64,000 nucleotides of DNA, taken from sequence record DRR723986_1789; one strand, written 5' to 3'. The notes below the pieces were generated by a model. That model saw nothing but the letters and a program-made list of their open reading frames with translations. It did not search any database and had not been told where the DNA came from. The translations under genes and the position numbers were made by a program. This document shows, piece after piece, positions 15,101 through 24,383 of the stretch. Each line of letters starts with the position of its first letter. Position 1 is the stretch's first letter.

Positions 15101-15557
15101 CACTTCACAATCGTCAGAACTGAAGTTCTACCTTGAACTCTCGAGTCCTGTTGTCGATGCACCGACCATCGGGCCTCGCATGGCGTCACGACTTGAGGAA
15201 CACGGAGTCTATACAGTCCAACAACTGCTCAACGCGGATGCCGATACACTCGCTGAGAATTTGGACCACCGCCGTACTGACGGAGACACTGTGCGAGAAT
15301 GGCAGATGCAAGCACAACTGGTTTGCCGAATCCCGAACCTTCGCGGTCACGATGCTCAAATGCTAGTCGCGTGTGAGATCTTCGAACCAGAGGACTTGGC
15401 AGCCATGGATCCTGCGGTTGTCTTGGAGCAAGTTCTTGAGTTTGCCCAGACTAGCGACGGAGCCCGCGTACTTCGCGGTGGCAAAGAACCTGACATGGAA
15501 GAAGTTCAAGACTGGATCGCATGGAGCAGCCAAAGCCGTAGCTTGAGCGCTGCCTAG
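12120..15557 (+). CDS. YhaN/Rad50-like coiled-coil ATPase with two C-terminal DUF4332-like (HhH) modules
   Basis: PGLNAVCGPRGAGKTT P-loop, long coiled coil, LVIDE Walker B and QIIVLT. Two repeats of 'GIxTxxxLLxAD...WQ..AxLxCRxxxLRxxDAxxLV'. AGGAGG SD before ATG 12120. Confidence 0.8.
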   Translation: MQLVNMEVDRLGRNERYSIGPFSPGLNAVCGPRGAGKTTLLAWLRQVAAESYGLEYNLGPWHNRQLPMVGSVEIRDRGRTFRAVQTPDGNTRHHAVAADNHYGAYGDNTPYAVQSWLSPTQREAFSGLAAAQGAADTEAELVGLARRLGLDVTDIEHTLRYRSETEVSALEQTRTRLLAQLRELEHLNASQEHLIARRSELEAELARIRQLSGDVSGVDMRDRGRADSRWTSAQEDLQSVKQEIAAIDSQIAQRQADLKLFETDNCIVEVSQSYREQLQQLDDRLNRWRKTLADIRSHRERIETSATDARLDEQVGDQLATSRTADPRGALRALEATLVASREQLEEVVGRIGSEVQTHQGDFEVVRQPDGETRLVAKDAVHSSRPTSNGLPEMLRGMQKDLYEVCQQLSRQQSAAAHDKLNTQSEQLRRCESEMKVSIERLIDERAALLNRIASEHNLSVEKLTVAFGQWSSQPDHPNLQQWLREEEAAKGPRYTGASMTDRQRLLDEIEALRGRRNQLELQGQNARRQLRDCEDYRLRAVASDVDSGAPSAEQDILNQIHRVTDDISRLAHRDKLTRELRDVESKLAAPTNRGPGEFSAAVNAHIKAIMGPVARHGADRSYRTHARPGDYRQAGYTTREYDPVDGVVSDVEYETFEKLVPPALVRLAQRLAIAEALFARGEAISLVIDETIDELSATLRTRIIEHLATVAERGQQIIVLTSDERVAQEVRACRGWVDYLRPQALAAAEPEPPVNQELSAYANEEEADKWYRTRRTTTRRDYYLYKTDEIDRLPAATSRSAADLRAAGIETIGDLLDADTDWLADEVGTRESAITRWQSEADLLCRVRKLRPFDARLLVGAGIRSSNQLAAIHPSKLLARIEDFLRTDSGRKILSSGSEYELSRITSWISAAKSQATEEVTRESGRSSRSSSSRSSSRSRSNSSRTRSERTRSERSSRQRSSGERSGQSSRSRGDRQNASESREYSVVHRNGSTSQSSELKFYLELSSPVVDAPTIGPRMASRLEEHGVYTVQQLLNADADTLAENLDHRRTDGDTVREWQMQAQLVCRIPNLRGHDAQMLVACEIFEPEDLAAMDPAVVLEQVLEFAQTSDGARVLRGGKEPDMEEVQDWIAWSSQSRSLSAA

Positions 15558-15601
15558 CAGTCGGTTGCATCTATTCGAATTGCCAATCAATAAAACCCAT
15601 C

Positions 15602-15639
15602 AACCGCAGCAGGTTGCTTCCTGCTGCGGTTTCTTTTTT
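15602..15639 (+). terminator. Intrinsic terminator
   Basis: 12-bp stem AACCGCAGCAGG / CCTGCTGCGGTT followed by TCTTTTTT. Confidence 0.9.
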
Positions 15640-15676
15640 GCGCCGCGATCGTTGAGACGCGATCAATGGGCAGGCA

Positions 15677-17905
15677 CTACTGGCGAAAGCGGACGGCGCC
15701 GGCCCAGATCTCTCGCGCCACTCTCCAGCGAATCGGCGGATAAGTCATCAGAGCACGAACCACTGGATCTGAGCCATGACCGGCGAATTGCGTAAAGGCA
15801 GGACCAGGTGGGATTTTCAGTCCTTTGCTGTCAAGCTGCCCGGTTAGGTCAGCCACAAGTATCGCCCTGCGATGTGTATCGAGCGCGCTGCTTTGATTTC
15901 CCGCCGCGGTTTGCCCACTGCAAAACGAAGGTTCAATCCCAGCGAATTCTGACATCCCTAATTCACTAGGATGCACATGGGCGGACATTGCCTGAAACTG
16001 CTCGGCAGTGCACCGTAACGTCGTGAAGATCTTTGGATCACCCGCCTCAAGCTCGGCACGCATGGCGGTACCAATCTGCGACAGGAGCATCTCGCGGCAC
16101 CGGAGCACGCGTGCTGCCGATTCCAAGTCAGGCTCTTTCGAACCTGTCGCCTCCTGGCCGACTGCTGCCTCAAACCCTGAAGCGGTCAGCCGGAGAGCAT
16201 TGCTAATTTCTTCGCGTCGATCTAACCAGCGCTCGCGATCAACAGTCTTCGCCCCGCGGCTAAGCCGTGACTCAAGTAGGGGGATCGACAACTCGTCGTT
16301 CTCGCCAAGCTGAAACTCGGCCGGTAATAGCATCGCTTCCTCAATCGCCTGCTCAATTGGTATCGCGGCATCAGGTCTTGGCAACGCTAGGAATGCAGTC
16401 GATGACGCGGCAAGAAGCGGGGCAACAAAGCCAGCCGCAATCCATAGAGGGAAGACTACTGGGTTGCTACCTGGTCCTCGCATCATCCACTGCCGGACCG
16501 CACGCCAGGCTGCAAAAAGAAGAATCAACGGACAGAGCCAAGCCCACCCGATCGTATGTGTAACTAGCCAATAGTTGTTCAGACTGCCAGGAACTCTAAC
16601 CGCCTCTCCCGCATGCACAACACCGGTCGCCCAAAGGACGCCGATCAACGTCACCATTGAAGCAATCGAGAAAGCTAATACCGGGCGTTCATAACAGACG
16701 CTGCTGTAGAATCCAATCGAGACGACCGCCAGTGCGGCGACAACATGCACCCACAGAAAGTCCCCCCTACTCAACAGGGAAAGGGATGATGAAGCTTGAC
16801 TGATGTTGAACCAGAGAACAAGGAGAAGCGGCACAAGTACTAAAGCGACCGTCGGTAGAAGGCGAGACCAATAGACCGTTGCAGGGCGAACACCGCGGTC
16901 AGCGAGAAACCGCCAACTACCATTTCGATTGTCATTCACAAACGCCAGGCTCGACGCAAAAACGCCGAAAAACAAGAACGGAATCAGGCACTCAGCGAAT
17001 GCAATCAAGTGGAGGTTCGCCCAAGATAGTTTGATGCTCCCCCACAAAGCCAACCCCGCGAAGCACAGTTTCGGCCAAGTCATGTTGTGTCGAAGGGCAA
17101 GCGTAAACTGCGAGACAAGCATGTTGGCACGTCCCACTCGAGCTTGCCACGTTTGTGCGACCTGCTTGGTCTGTAGCGACCAAACACGCCAACGACGGCC
17201 GGGTGTACGCGCGGAATACCACCGGGCACGAAACAGTGCCGTTGCCCCCGCAAAATACAGCAAGATGACGGGCACAACGAAAACCAGCAAGCGTGCCGCC
17301 CTTCTGCTCGTGATGTCCTCCCCTTGCACCGGCCAGGAGGAAACAACGATCCCGTTTGCCAAGATGGCGAGGACTGCCGCTAGTACTAGTGCAACCAAGG
17401 GTTCTCGAACCCATAGGGTCAATAGCAGACAGCCCCCCGTGAGCCCGAAGATATTCAGCAGCACGATCGACGTGAGCGTTGGCATATCGGTTCCCACAGA
17501 ACGCCAAACGGCTGGATAGAACGTGCTATAGGCAAGAGGGATCATGGCCAGGATCGCAGCTACGATCGTCGCTCCTGCGATCGTAGCAAGAGCTTTGAAC
17601 AAGAACGCATGCGGCCACTCGACTGGGATGCCGCTATTCCAGGCCCAAGTGCCACTCTGCCGCTCGTGGCCAATGTTCACACCGACTGCACCGATAATAA
17701 ACACGAACGGGCCAAGAAAACTTGCACTGAAAACGAAGAACTCGAACGTCGAACGCGCATCAGTGAATAACAGTGCGAGGGCAGTGCCGAGGATCTGCAG
17801 AGCAATGAGTCCCACTAGAACTGGACCACCAATTGACAAGAGTTGCCGTGACTCTTTCCAAAGTAGAGCGTAGGCCGGCGAGGGGCGACGGATATCGATT
17901 TGCAT
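15677..17905 (-). CDS. ABC-2-type transporter permease (duplicated permease halves)
   Basis: Many TM helices, LLWKESRQ N-terminus, and two ERxxGTW-like loops (HERQSGTWAW, DNRNGSWRF). Immediately downstream of an ABC ATPase. Confidence 0.75.
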   Translation of the reverse strand: MQIDIRRPSPAYALLWKESRQLLSIGGPVLVGLIALQILGTALALLFTDARSTFEFFVFSASFLGPFVFIIGAVGVNIGHERQSGTWAWNSGIPVEWPHAFLFKALATIAGATIVAAILAMIPLAYSTFYPAVWRSVGTDMPTLTSIVLLNIFGLTGGCLLLTLWVREPLVALVLAAVLAILANGIVVSSWPVQGEDITSRRAARLLVFVVPVILLYFAGATALFRARWYSARTPGRRWRVWSLQTKQVAQTWQARVGRANMLVSQFTLALRHNMTWPKLCFAGLALWGSIKLSWANLHLIAFAECLIPFLFFGVFASSLAFVNDNRNGSWRFLADRGVRPATVYWSRLLPTVALVLVPLLLVLWFNISQASSSLSLLSRGDFLWVHVVAALAVVSIGFYSSVCYERPVLAFSIASMVTLIGVLWATGVVHAGEAVRVPGSLNNYWLVTHTIGWAWLCPLILLFAAWRAVRQWMMRGPGSNPVVFPLWIAAGFVAPLLAASSTAFLALPRPDAAIPIEQAIEEAMLLPAEFQLGENDELSIPLLESRLSRGAKTVDRERWLDRREEISNALRLTASGFEAAVGQEATGSKEPDLESAARVLRCREMLLSQIGTAMRAELEAGDPKIFTTLRCTAEQFQAMSAHVHPSELGMSEFAGIEPSFCSGQTAAGNQSSALDTHRRAILVADLTGQLDSKGLKIPPGPAFTQFAGHGSDPVVRALMTYPPIRWRVAREIWAGAVRFRQ

Positions 17906-17906
17906 G

Positions 17907-18923
17907 TTAGGCCCTTGGTAACTTTGTTGTATCGACCGGAGAATGCAGTTCGGAACTTCTTAGCAGGTTCCCGCGTGAGTTTTTATGCAACTTCACCCTG
18001 TGTCTCGAGACGCCCCCTCTTTCATTCAGCCCCGCCTCGTGCCCCTGAGTGAACCCAATGTAAAGCTCTTCTAAGTTGGGCCGAATCCGCTTCACATCAA
18101 AAAGGTTGGGGTCAATCTGCAGACCGTCGAAGAACTCGTCATCACATCCTTTGACCAGCAGTGAAGTGGTGCGTCCGTTCTGCTCTCGCGATAGCACTTC
18201 AACAGACTCAAGCGCCTTAGGCGGAGCCAACAGCGTATCGCGGGCGGAGTAAGTGACGAGGCTTGTGGTTTCCTTGATTTCGTCTAGCGGTGCAGCGACC
18301 TGTATTTTGCCGTCGTGCAGGATTGCAACCCAGTCTGCTACTCGCTCAACTTCATTGATTTGATGCGAGCTTAAGAAGACGGTTTGCCCGGCTGCTGCGC
18401 GGTCAATCATGCTCTCCAAGAAGGCTCGACGCACCAACGGGTCAAGGCCGGAAGTGGGTTCGTCCAACACCAGGAGCTCTGGAGTAAACGCCATAGCCAG
18501 CGCCAGTGCGACCTTGGCACGCATCCCCTTGGATAGATCGCGAATCTTTGTCTTCGGCGGAAGGCCGAACCCTTGCGCAAGAGAATCGTACTCTGCTATG
18601 AAACCATCCGCGTAAAAAGCCGAAGCGTACCACCCAACTTGGCTGACGGTCATCCAATCGTAAAGCGACGGAGCGTCGGAGACATAACCAATCCTACGTC
18701 GGAGTTCGAGGGGAGCGTCAAGCGGATTTAGATCACAGACGCTCATCGAGCCTGCGTCCAGCCCCTGGTACCCCATAATCGAGCGAATCAGAGTGCTCTT
18801 TCCTGCTCCATTTTCACCGAGCAGGGCGAAGACGACGCCTTTGGGGACCTCCAATGAAACTTCATTCAAGACTCGTTGTCGACCGTAAGACTTTACCGCA
18901 CGTTGAATCGAAATCACCGACAC
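17907..18923 (-). CDS. ABC transporter ATP-binding protein (YtrB-like)
   Basis: GENGAGKST, LSKGM signature, LLVLDEPTSGLD and SSH switch. Confidence 0.95.
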   Translation of the reverse strand: MSVISIQRAVKSYGRQRVLNEVSLEVPKGVVFALLGENGAGKSTLIRSIMGYQGLDAGSMSVCDLNPLDAPLELRRRIGYVSDAPSLYDWMTVSQVGWYASAFYADGFIAEYDSLAQGFGLPPKTKIRDLSKGMRAKVALALAMAFTPELLVLDEPTSGLDPLVRRAFLESMIDRAAAGQTVFLSSHQINEVERVADWVAILHDGKIQVAAPLDEIKETTSLVTYSARDTLLAPPKALESVEVLSREQNGRTTSLLVKGCDDEFFDGLQIDPNLFDVKRIRPNLEELYIGFTQGHEAGLNERGGVSRHRVKLHKNSRGNLLRSSELHSPVDTTKLPRA

Positions 18924-18967
18924 TGAACACCTCCCGACAAGAAAAGATAAGCTCGCTCGCTGGTTGA

Positions 18968-19348
18968 TTAGTTGGCCGCTTCGGCCACAACTTGATCGAA
19001 TAGCTTTCGCAATTGCTCCTCGCTCAAGCCGCCCCCCAAGGCCTCCGCAACAACCGCTTTCATCCGCTCGGCAAGTATTTGCTTGCGGTAGTCAATGCAC
19101 AACTCTTTGGCGCCATCACTAACTGCCATGCCTCGTCCCCGTAATGCGTGGATGATCTTTTCGTCCTGCAATTGCAAGTACGCTCGCTGGACCGTGTTCG
19201 GGTTGATAGCCTGCGTTTTGGCCATGTCGCGAACACTTGGAATCACTTGTCCGGGCGCAGCCACGCCTTCGGCCACTGCGTACTTGATTTGCCTGACCAA
19301 CTGCTCGTAGATCGGAACGCCGTTGTTAGGCTCAATGGTCAATTTCAC
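18968..19348 (-). CDS. GntR-family transcriptional regulator, YtrA subfamily
   Basis: PIYEQL...IPSVRDMA...INPNTVQRAY...RGRG with a short C-terminal domain. First gene of the ABC operon. GTG start at 19348 or 19357. Confidence 0.93.
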   Translation of the reverse strand: MKLTIEPNNGVPIYEQLVRQIKYAVAEGVAAPGQVIPSVRDMAKTQAINPNTVQRAYLQLQDEKIIHALRGRGMAVSDGAKELCIDYRKQILAERMKAVVAEALGGGLSEEQLRKLFDQVVAEAAN

Positions 19349-19405
19349 GAGCCACACCTTCTGAAAAGTTCGTTCGTGCGATACCTGTCACGCTTCGCGA
19401 CCAGG

Positions 19406-19445
19406 TGTACCTTCGTAATAGTACAGCGGAACCGCGGGCTGTCAA
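19406..19445 (-). promoter_or_regulatory. Sigma70 promoter with overlapping YtrA-type palindromic operator
   Basis: On the minus strand: TTGACA (19445-19440), 16 bp, TACTAT (19423-19418). The palindrome TGTAC-N10-GTACA (19406-19425) overlaps the -10. Confidence 0.75.
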
Positions 19446-19682
19446 GCATTTTTCATGAGCGGTTTTGTGCGCTCGACTGACGCGGGGAAATACCTGGAAC
19501 TCACTAGCAGCACTTGGGACACACTAGCGTGCAGGCATGCTATTCCGATCAAAAAGATACGCAGCAATGGTGACCATGGTCACAATGCACGCTAGGCGGC
19601 TGGCTGAACCAGCAGTCACCAAAGCGAAGTACGAACAACTGCGTCGGAGCAGGACGCGAGCCGCCGATCAAAAAGGAATACG

Positions 19683-21623
19683 CTACTCAGCGTCAGGCGT
19701 GCGATTCGTGAAGGTGAGCCCCAAGATGAGAGCAACCGTCGCCACGCAAGCGAAGTGCACATAGAGCTGCACCCCCTGCCACTGCGTCAAGAACACAGTC
19801 AAGCTGCCCACCAACAAGATCGCCCGTTGCCAGATGTATAGCGGCTTAAATGCGAATCCAGCTACTGCAGCGGCCAGCCCCAATATTGCGACTAGTGTCG
19901 TCGCCACGTTGCTGGCAACCATTACAAAACTTGCGTCGGTGTTCTCTGGCGTCAGCATTAACAGCTCGGGACGCAACAGGAATGCGAACGGCAACGCGAA
20001 ACCGACCAGCGAAAATCGAAACGCGGCAAAAGCCGAGCGGATTACATCAGCCTTGGCAATGGCGGCTCCCGCGTAAGCGGCCAGAGCAACCGGCGGCGTC
20101 ACCATCGACATCATGCCGAAGTAGAAAATAAACAAGTGAGCGGCCAGCGGAGGCGTATCCAACTCCTTCAAGACGCCTCCGACCAGGATCGCCATCAACA
20201 GATAACAAACCGCAGACGGAAGACCCATCCCGAGGATAATTGTGGACACCATTAGTAGCAACAACGCGACAATTGCATTATCGGTTGCAAAACTCTGCAC
20301 GGTGGCAGGGAACGCCGAGCTGAGACCGGTCAGCGATACAAGCCCCAGGATGACTCCCACGCACGAGGCCGCAACGATCAACGCAACTCCACTCTTGGCG
20401 GCATCAACCATAGCCTGATAGACCTTGGCGGCATTCAGTCTGGTCGAAGAGTGAAAGAGGCTGATCACGATGATCCCAATCAAGCTAATGCTGACGGACC
20501 GAAACGGAGTAGAGCCCGATACGAGCATCGCGATTAGGACAAGAAATGAACCAAAGAAGACAACGCCCTGCCAAAGCGAATCGCTTTCGCCGTCGTCGGC
20601 ATCGTCAATTGAGACATCCTTGGCACCAATCTTTTTGGAATGAAAATGAACAGTTAGAAGCAATGCGGTGTAATATAGCAGTGCGGGGATCAACGCCGCT
20701 CTAATGATCTGAACGTAGGTGACGGTCGGCTGAATCATCTCCAGCATCATGTACGCCCCAGCCCCCATGATCGGCGGCATGAGAGCACCACCACTGCTGG
20801 CGGCAGCTTCGACACCAGCGGCCGTTGCAGGCTTGAAGCCGGAACTCTTCATCAGTGGGATCGTGAACGTCCCTGTCGTTGCCGTATTGGCAACAGCACT
20901 ACCCGAAAGAGAGCCCATAAGCCCGCTGCTCACGACGGCCACCTTCGCTGGGCCGCCCGAGCTCTTCCGAAACAAGCGCCGGGCAAAGCGAATAACGTAA
21001 GCCGTTGCACCCGTCTGTTCGAGCATCGTTCCGAACAGAACGAACAAGAACACATACATGAACATGACCTTAAGCGCGGTGCCAAATACGCCACCGGATT
21101 GCAAGAAGGTCTTTTGTACGATCTGCTGCCAGGAAAAACCGCGGTGCGGAAACAGCCACTCGGGCATCGATTGGCCAAAATAGGCGTAGGCAAGAAACAG
21201 GCAACAGAGAATTGGTAGTGTCCAACCAATTGCCCGGCGCGTCGCCTCGAGAACCAGAAGTAGTCCGATACCTGCGATGACGTAATCGATCGTTTTCTCG
21301 TTGCCGGCACGGTCCCCCAGCATGGTCCCGTCAACCCAAAAGCTCTCGAACAGCTTTTCGCTCTGCGTGAAAATGTAACCGAAGGACACAACCGTCAGGG
21401 CTACCAGTACCCAATCGAAAACCTTGAGTGGCGTGGAGTCCTGCCAGCGTTTGAGAAGCGGGCGACTGATGAAAACGACCGCGAGCCCGAGCATTCCGAA
21501 CAGTGCAAGATTGGGCTGCTGGTTAAAGATCGTCGTGTTGACAGCAACCAAAACGAAGACGCACAGAATGACCGCCAAGATGTTGTGCGCGAGCCCTAGT
21601 CGGCTGTCAGGTTTTTCATTCAT
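19683..21623 (-). CDS. TRAP transporter fused permease (4TM/12TM, TAXI type)
   Basis: GGPAKVAVVSS, SGSAVAN, EAAASSGGALMPPIMGAGA, ILGMGLP and TPPVALAA. Confidence 0.93.
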   Translation of the reverse strand: MNEKPDSRLGLAHNILAVILCVFVLVAVNTTIFNQQPNLALFGMLGLAVVFISRPLLKRWQDSTPLKVFDWVLVALTVVSFGYIFTQSEKLFESFWVDGTMLGDRAGNEKTIDYVIAGIGLLLVLEATRRAIGWTLPILCCLFLAYAYFGQSMPEWLFPHRGFSWQQIVQKTFLQSGGVFGTALKVMFMYVFLFVLFGTMLEQTGATAYVIRFARRLFRKSSGGPAKVAVVSSGLMGSLSGSAVANTATTGTFTIPLMKSSGFKPATAAGVEAAASSGGALMPPIMGAGAYMMLEMIQPTVTYVQIIRAALIPALLYYTALLLTVHFHSKKIGAKDVSIDDADDGESDSLWQGVVFFGSFLVLIAMLVSGSTPFRSVSISLIGIIVISLFHSSTRLNAAKVYQAMVDAAKSGVALIVAASCVGVILGLVSLTGLSSAFPATVQSFATDNAIVALLLLMVSTIILGMGLPSAVCYLLMAILVGGVLKELDTPPLAAHLFIFYFGMMSMVTPPVALAAYAGAAIAKADVIRSAFAAFRFSLVGFALPFAFLLRPELLMLTPENTDASFVMVASNVATTLVAILGLAAAVAGFAFKPLYIWQRAILLVGSLTVFLTQWQGVQLYVHFACVATVALILGLTFTNRTPDAE

Positions 21624-21750
21624 GCTGATACACCGGAGGTTCGCGCAATCTCAATGTCACTTTGTGGGCTGGTCGCAATCGAGCAGCGCTGCCGCACGTG
21701 TTCACACGGGCGCAGCTCGTTTGAGGCTGCGACAGAATCTGCTGTGCAGC

Positions 21751-22779
21751 TTACTCAGTCGCGCCTTCGCTGGCGTTTTCATCGGCGTCTTCTGGCCAGA
21801 TGCCGGCTTCTTTGTAGAACTTAATTGCACCGGCGTGGAACGGCACGCCCGTCTGACGCACAGCGTTGGTCGGATTGAGTGCCTTACCGGCGGGATGCTT
21901 TTCAGCCACTTGCTCGCGGTTTTCGTACAGAATCTTGGTGAAGTTGTAGACGACGTCCTCACTGATGCTTTCATGTGTGATCAACTGCATCGCCCCCACG
22001 TTCAACCCCGTAATGTCCTCCTCAAGATCTGAGTAGGCGTCGGCTTTAACCGGCACAGGGAAATAGAACGGGTACTCCTTCAACTTCTCAGGTGCATCAG
22101 CGTCTAGTCTGACGAAGACCACGTCTTGCGTCGAGCAAAGCTGAGTTACGGCAGGAATAGGAATCGCACCGCCCATGAAAGCGGCGTCGGCTTTACTGTC
22201 GGCGATCATGTCGCCGGCTTCGAAGTAGTTGCCGTTAAGCACGGTCATGTCGTCTAGACTGAGGCCATGAACTTCAAAAAGTGGTTTGAGGAAGTAGTCG
22301 AAACCTGCTCCGGCAGGCCCCAGCACAACGCGTTTACCCTTGAGATCAGCGATCGTTTTAATACCGGTGCTGGCCGTTGTCACAAAGATCCCAACGTTTG
22401 GCGCTAAAGTCGCCACGCTGCGAACATTGTGTGGCTTCCCCCACGCACCTTCGCCGCGAGTCGCGAAGTAAGCAATACCTGCGTTCGACATTCCGAACTC
22501 AAGTTCGCCAGCCTCCAGCTTGCGGATATTCTCCTGTGTGCCCTTTGTTCCTTGAGTCGAGACTTGCCACTTCAGCTCGCCTTTGTTTGACTCGACAACA
22601 TTACCAATTGCATTGCCAACTGGTGCAAAGGCGCCACCGTCGGGAGCCGTTCCCACGGTGACAAACTGCCTTCCGCCGCTGCCTGAGGAGCCGCCGGAGC
22701 TGCAACCACTGAACGAGACAAAACCTGCGGCAGCGATCACGGAGGCCGCACTGGCCAGAACGATATTACGTCGAAACAT
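21751..22779 (-). CDS. TAXI-family TRAP substrate-binding protein (Tat-like signal plus lipobox)
   Basis: MFRRN...FSGC N-terminus, GTAPDGG, TKGTQENI, DLKGKRV and PFHAGAIKFYKE. Confidence 0.92.
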   Translation of the reverse strand: MFRRNIVLASAASVIAAAGFVSFSGCSSGGSSGSGGRQFVTVGTAPDGGAFAPVGNAIGNVVESNKGELKWQVSTQGTKGTQENIRKLEAGELEFGMSNAGIAYFATRGEGAWGKPHNVRSVATLAPNVGIFVTTASTGIKTIADLKGKRVVLGPAGAGFDYFLKPLFEVHGLSLDDMTVLNGNYFEAGDMIADSKADAAFMGGAIPIPAVTQLCSTQDVVFVRLDADAPEKLKEYPFYFPVPVKADAYSDLEEDITGLNVGAMQLITHESISEDVVYNFTKILYENREQVAEKHPAGKALNPTNAVRQTGVPFHAGAIKFYKEAGIWPEDADENASEGATE

Positions 22780-23001
22780 CCTGAACTCTCATTCGGGGGG
22801 GGGAATTCGGTGGGAAGCAAAGCAATCTGCCGATTCGCAGACGTCCTTACACACGCAATTTACCACCGAATCCCCAAGCAGTGAAGCTGCTTTGCCGACC
22901 TGGCACACGACAAGCCAAAGATTCACCGTGAGGTTTGAAGCCTGACCCGCCTGCTTCCGCGTCGAGACGAGAACCTACGACGTTGAGACTTCCAGCGGCG
23001 G

Positions 23002-24189
23002 CTATTCGTGCACCGGAGGCGTTTGGGTGGGGTCGACTGGGGGCGAAGGCTGCTTAATCGAAAGCCCGAGTTTCTTGGCGCGACGCTCCCACTGCGAACG
23101 GGCAAACTCCTGCATGTCCGTTCGCGTATCAGCCTCATCAACAATCTCAAGACCAAGTAGCGTCTCGACGATGTCTTCCAGTGTCACCAAGCCTGCTAGG
23201 CCTCCGTACTCATCAACGACCAAAGCAATATGAAATCGGTTAGTCACCATTTGGTCAAAGGCAGCCGTCAAGCGAAGTGATTCCTGAACTGTTGGAACCT
23301 CGCGAGAATACTCGTCAAGCTTGCTTTCGTTCTTGCCGCGAGCAGCAGCCAGCAACAGATCATCGCGAAGAGCAAAACCGGTTACGTGATCCGTTTTCTC
23401 TTTGTAGATTGGAATTCGCGAAAACGGTGAAGCGTGATGTTTTTCCATGAACTCCGCGACGGAGGTCTCAGCCGGAAGAGAGAAAACCACCACGCGGGGT
23501 GTCATCACATCTCTTACTTCGCAATCGCGCATGTGAAGTAGGTTCTTAAGGATCCGCGATTCGCCAGCATGCAACTTGCCCTCTTTGAGGCCGATGTCTG
23601 CCATGACTTTCAGCTCTTCGCGACTAAACTCAGCCTGCCCATGACCTTCGCCACCGAAGAGCCGAATGAACCAAACGACGGGGGTCATCAACCAAGTCAG
23701 CTTTTCGAGCAGCAGCCCAACCACAGGTGCAAGCCTTCGCCAGTACTTCGCACCAAGCGTCTTCGGAATAATCTCGGACAGCACCAGGACAGCGAACGTC
23801 ATCAGCGCGGCCGTCAGCCCTTCGATCCAACCCCCATAACCCGACTCGGCAGCCAGCCCCGAAACTTCTTTACCGACCCCGATGGAACCAACAGTGTGAG
23901 CAATCGTATTCAGCGTAAGAATCGAAGTTAACGGCCCATCGATTTGCGTCTTGAGCTTGTCCCAGCGTAGCCCGACCGCTGGCTGCGACTTCTTGAGTGT
24001 CGCAATAAACGGCTGACTAACGCTGAGCAGCACTGCTTCGAAGATCGAGCAGGCAAATGAGACGAGAATTGCGAGGCAGAAGTAGACTGCCAGCATCGTC
24101 CAGCTTCCGCTAGTTGCTGAGCCGCCAACTCCGCCCATGCCAACCAACAGCCCGCCAAAGTCCAAATTGCCCACGGTGATACTCGTCAT
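23002..24189 (-). CDS. CNNM (DUF21)/CBS-pair hemolysin-family protein (CorC/TlyC-like)
   Basis: SFACSIFEAVLLS, LTSILTLNTIAHT, SEIIPKTLG, VMTPR, FSRIPIY and VDEYGGLAGLVTLEDIVE. Confidence 0.92.
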   Translation of the reverse strand: MTSITVGNLDFGGLLVGMGGVGGSATSGSWTMLAVYFCLAILVSFACSIFEAVLLSVSQPFIATLKKSQPAVGLRWDKLKTQIDGPLTSILTLNTIAHTVGSIGVGKEVSGLAAESGYGGWIEGLTAALMTFAVLVLSEIIPKTLGAKYWRRLAPVVGLLLEKLTWLMTPVVWFIRLFGGEGHGQAEFSREELKVMADIGLKEGKLHAGESRILKNLLHMRDCEVRDVMTPRVVVFSLPAETSVAEFMEKHHASPFSRIPIYKEKTDHVTGFALRDDLLLAAARGKNESKLDEYSREVPTVQESLRLTAAFDQMVTNRFHIALVVDEYGGLAGLVTLEDIVETLLGLEIVDEADTRTDMQEFARSQWERRAKKLGLSIKQPSPPVDPTQTPPVHE

Positions 24190-24383
24190 TCAGAATAAGT
24201 TCGGCATGCAACGCCCAGTCGCTTGGGCTCAGCGGTGCCTGAACCATCAAAAGCGCGCTGCATTAAAGTGGCGACTATACACGTTCGTGTGGGCAGATTC
24301 AAACGAGCCAACGCTACAAACCGCATTATGCGAGTTAGTATTTTCGCGGCAACTCATTCGATCGCATGGGCGCTGAGCCTGTA

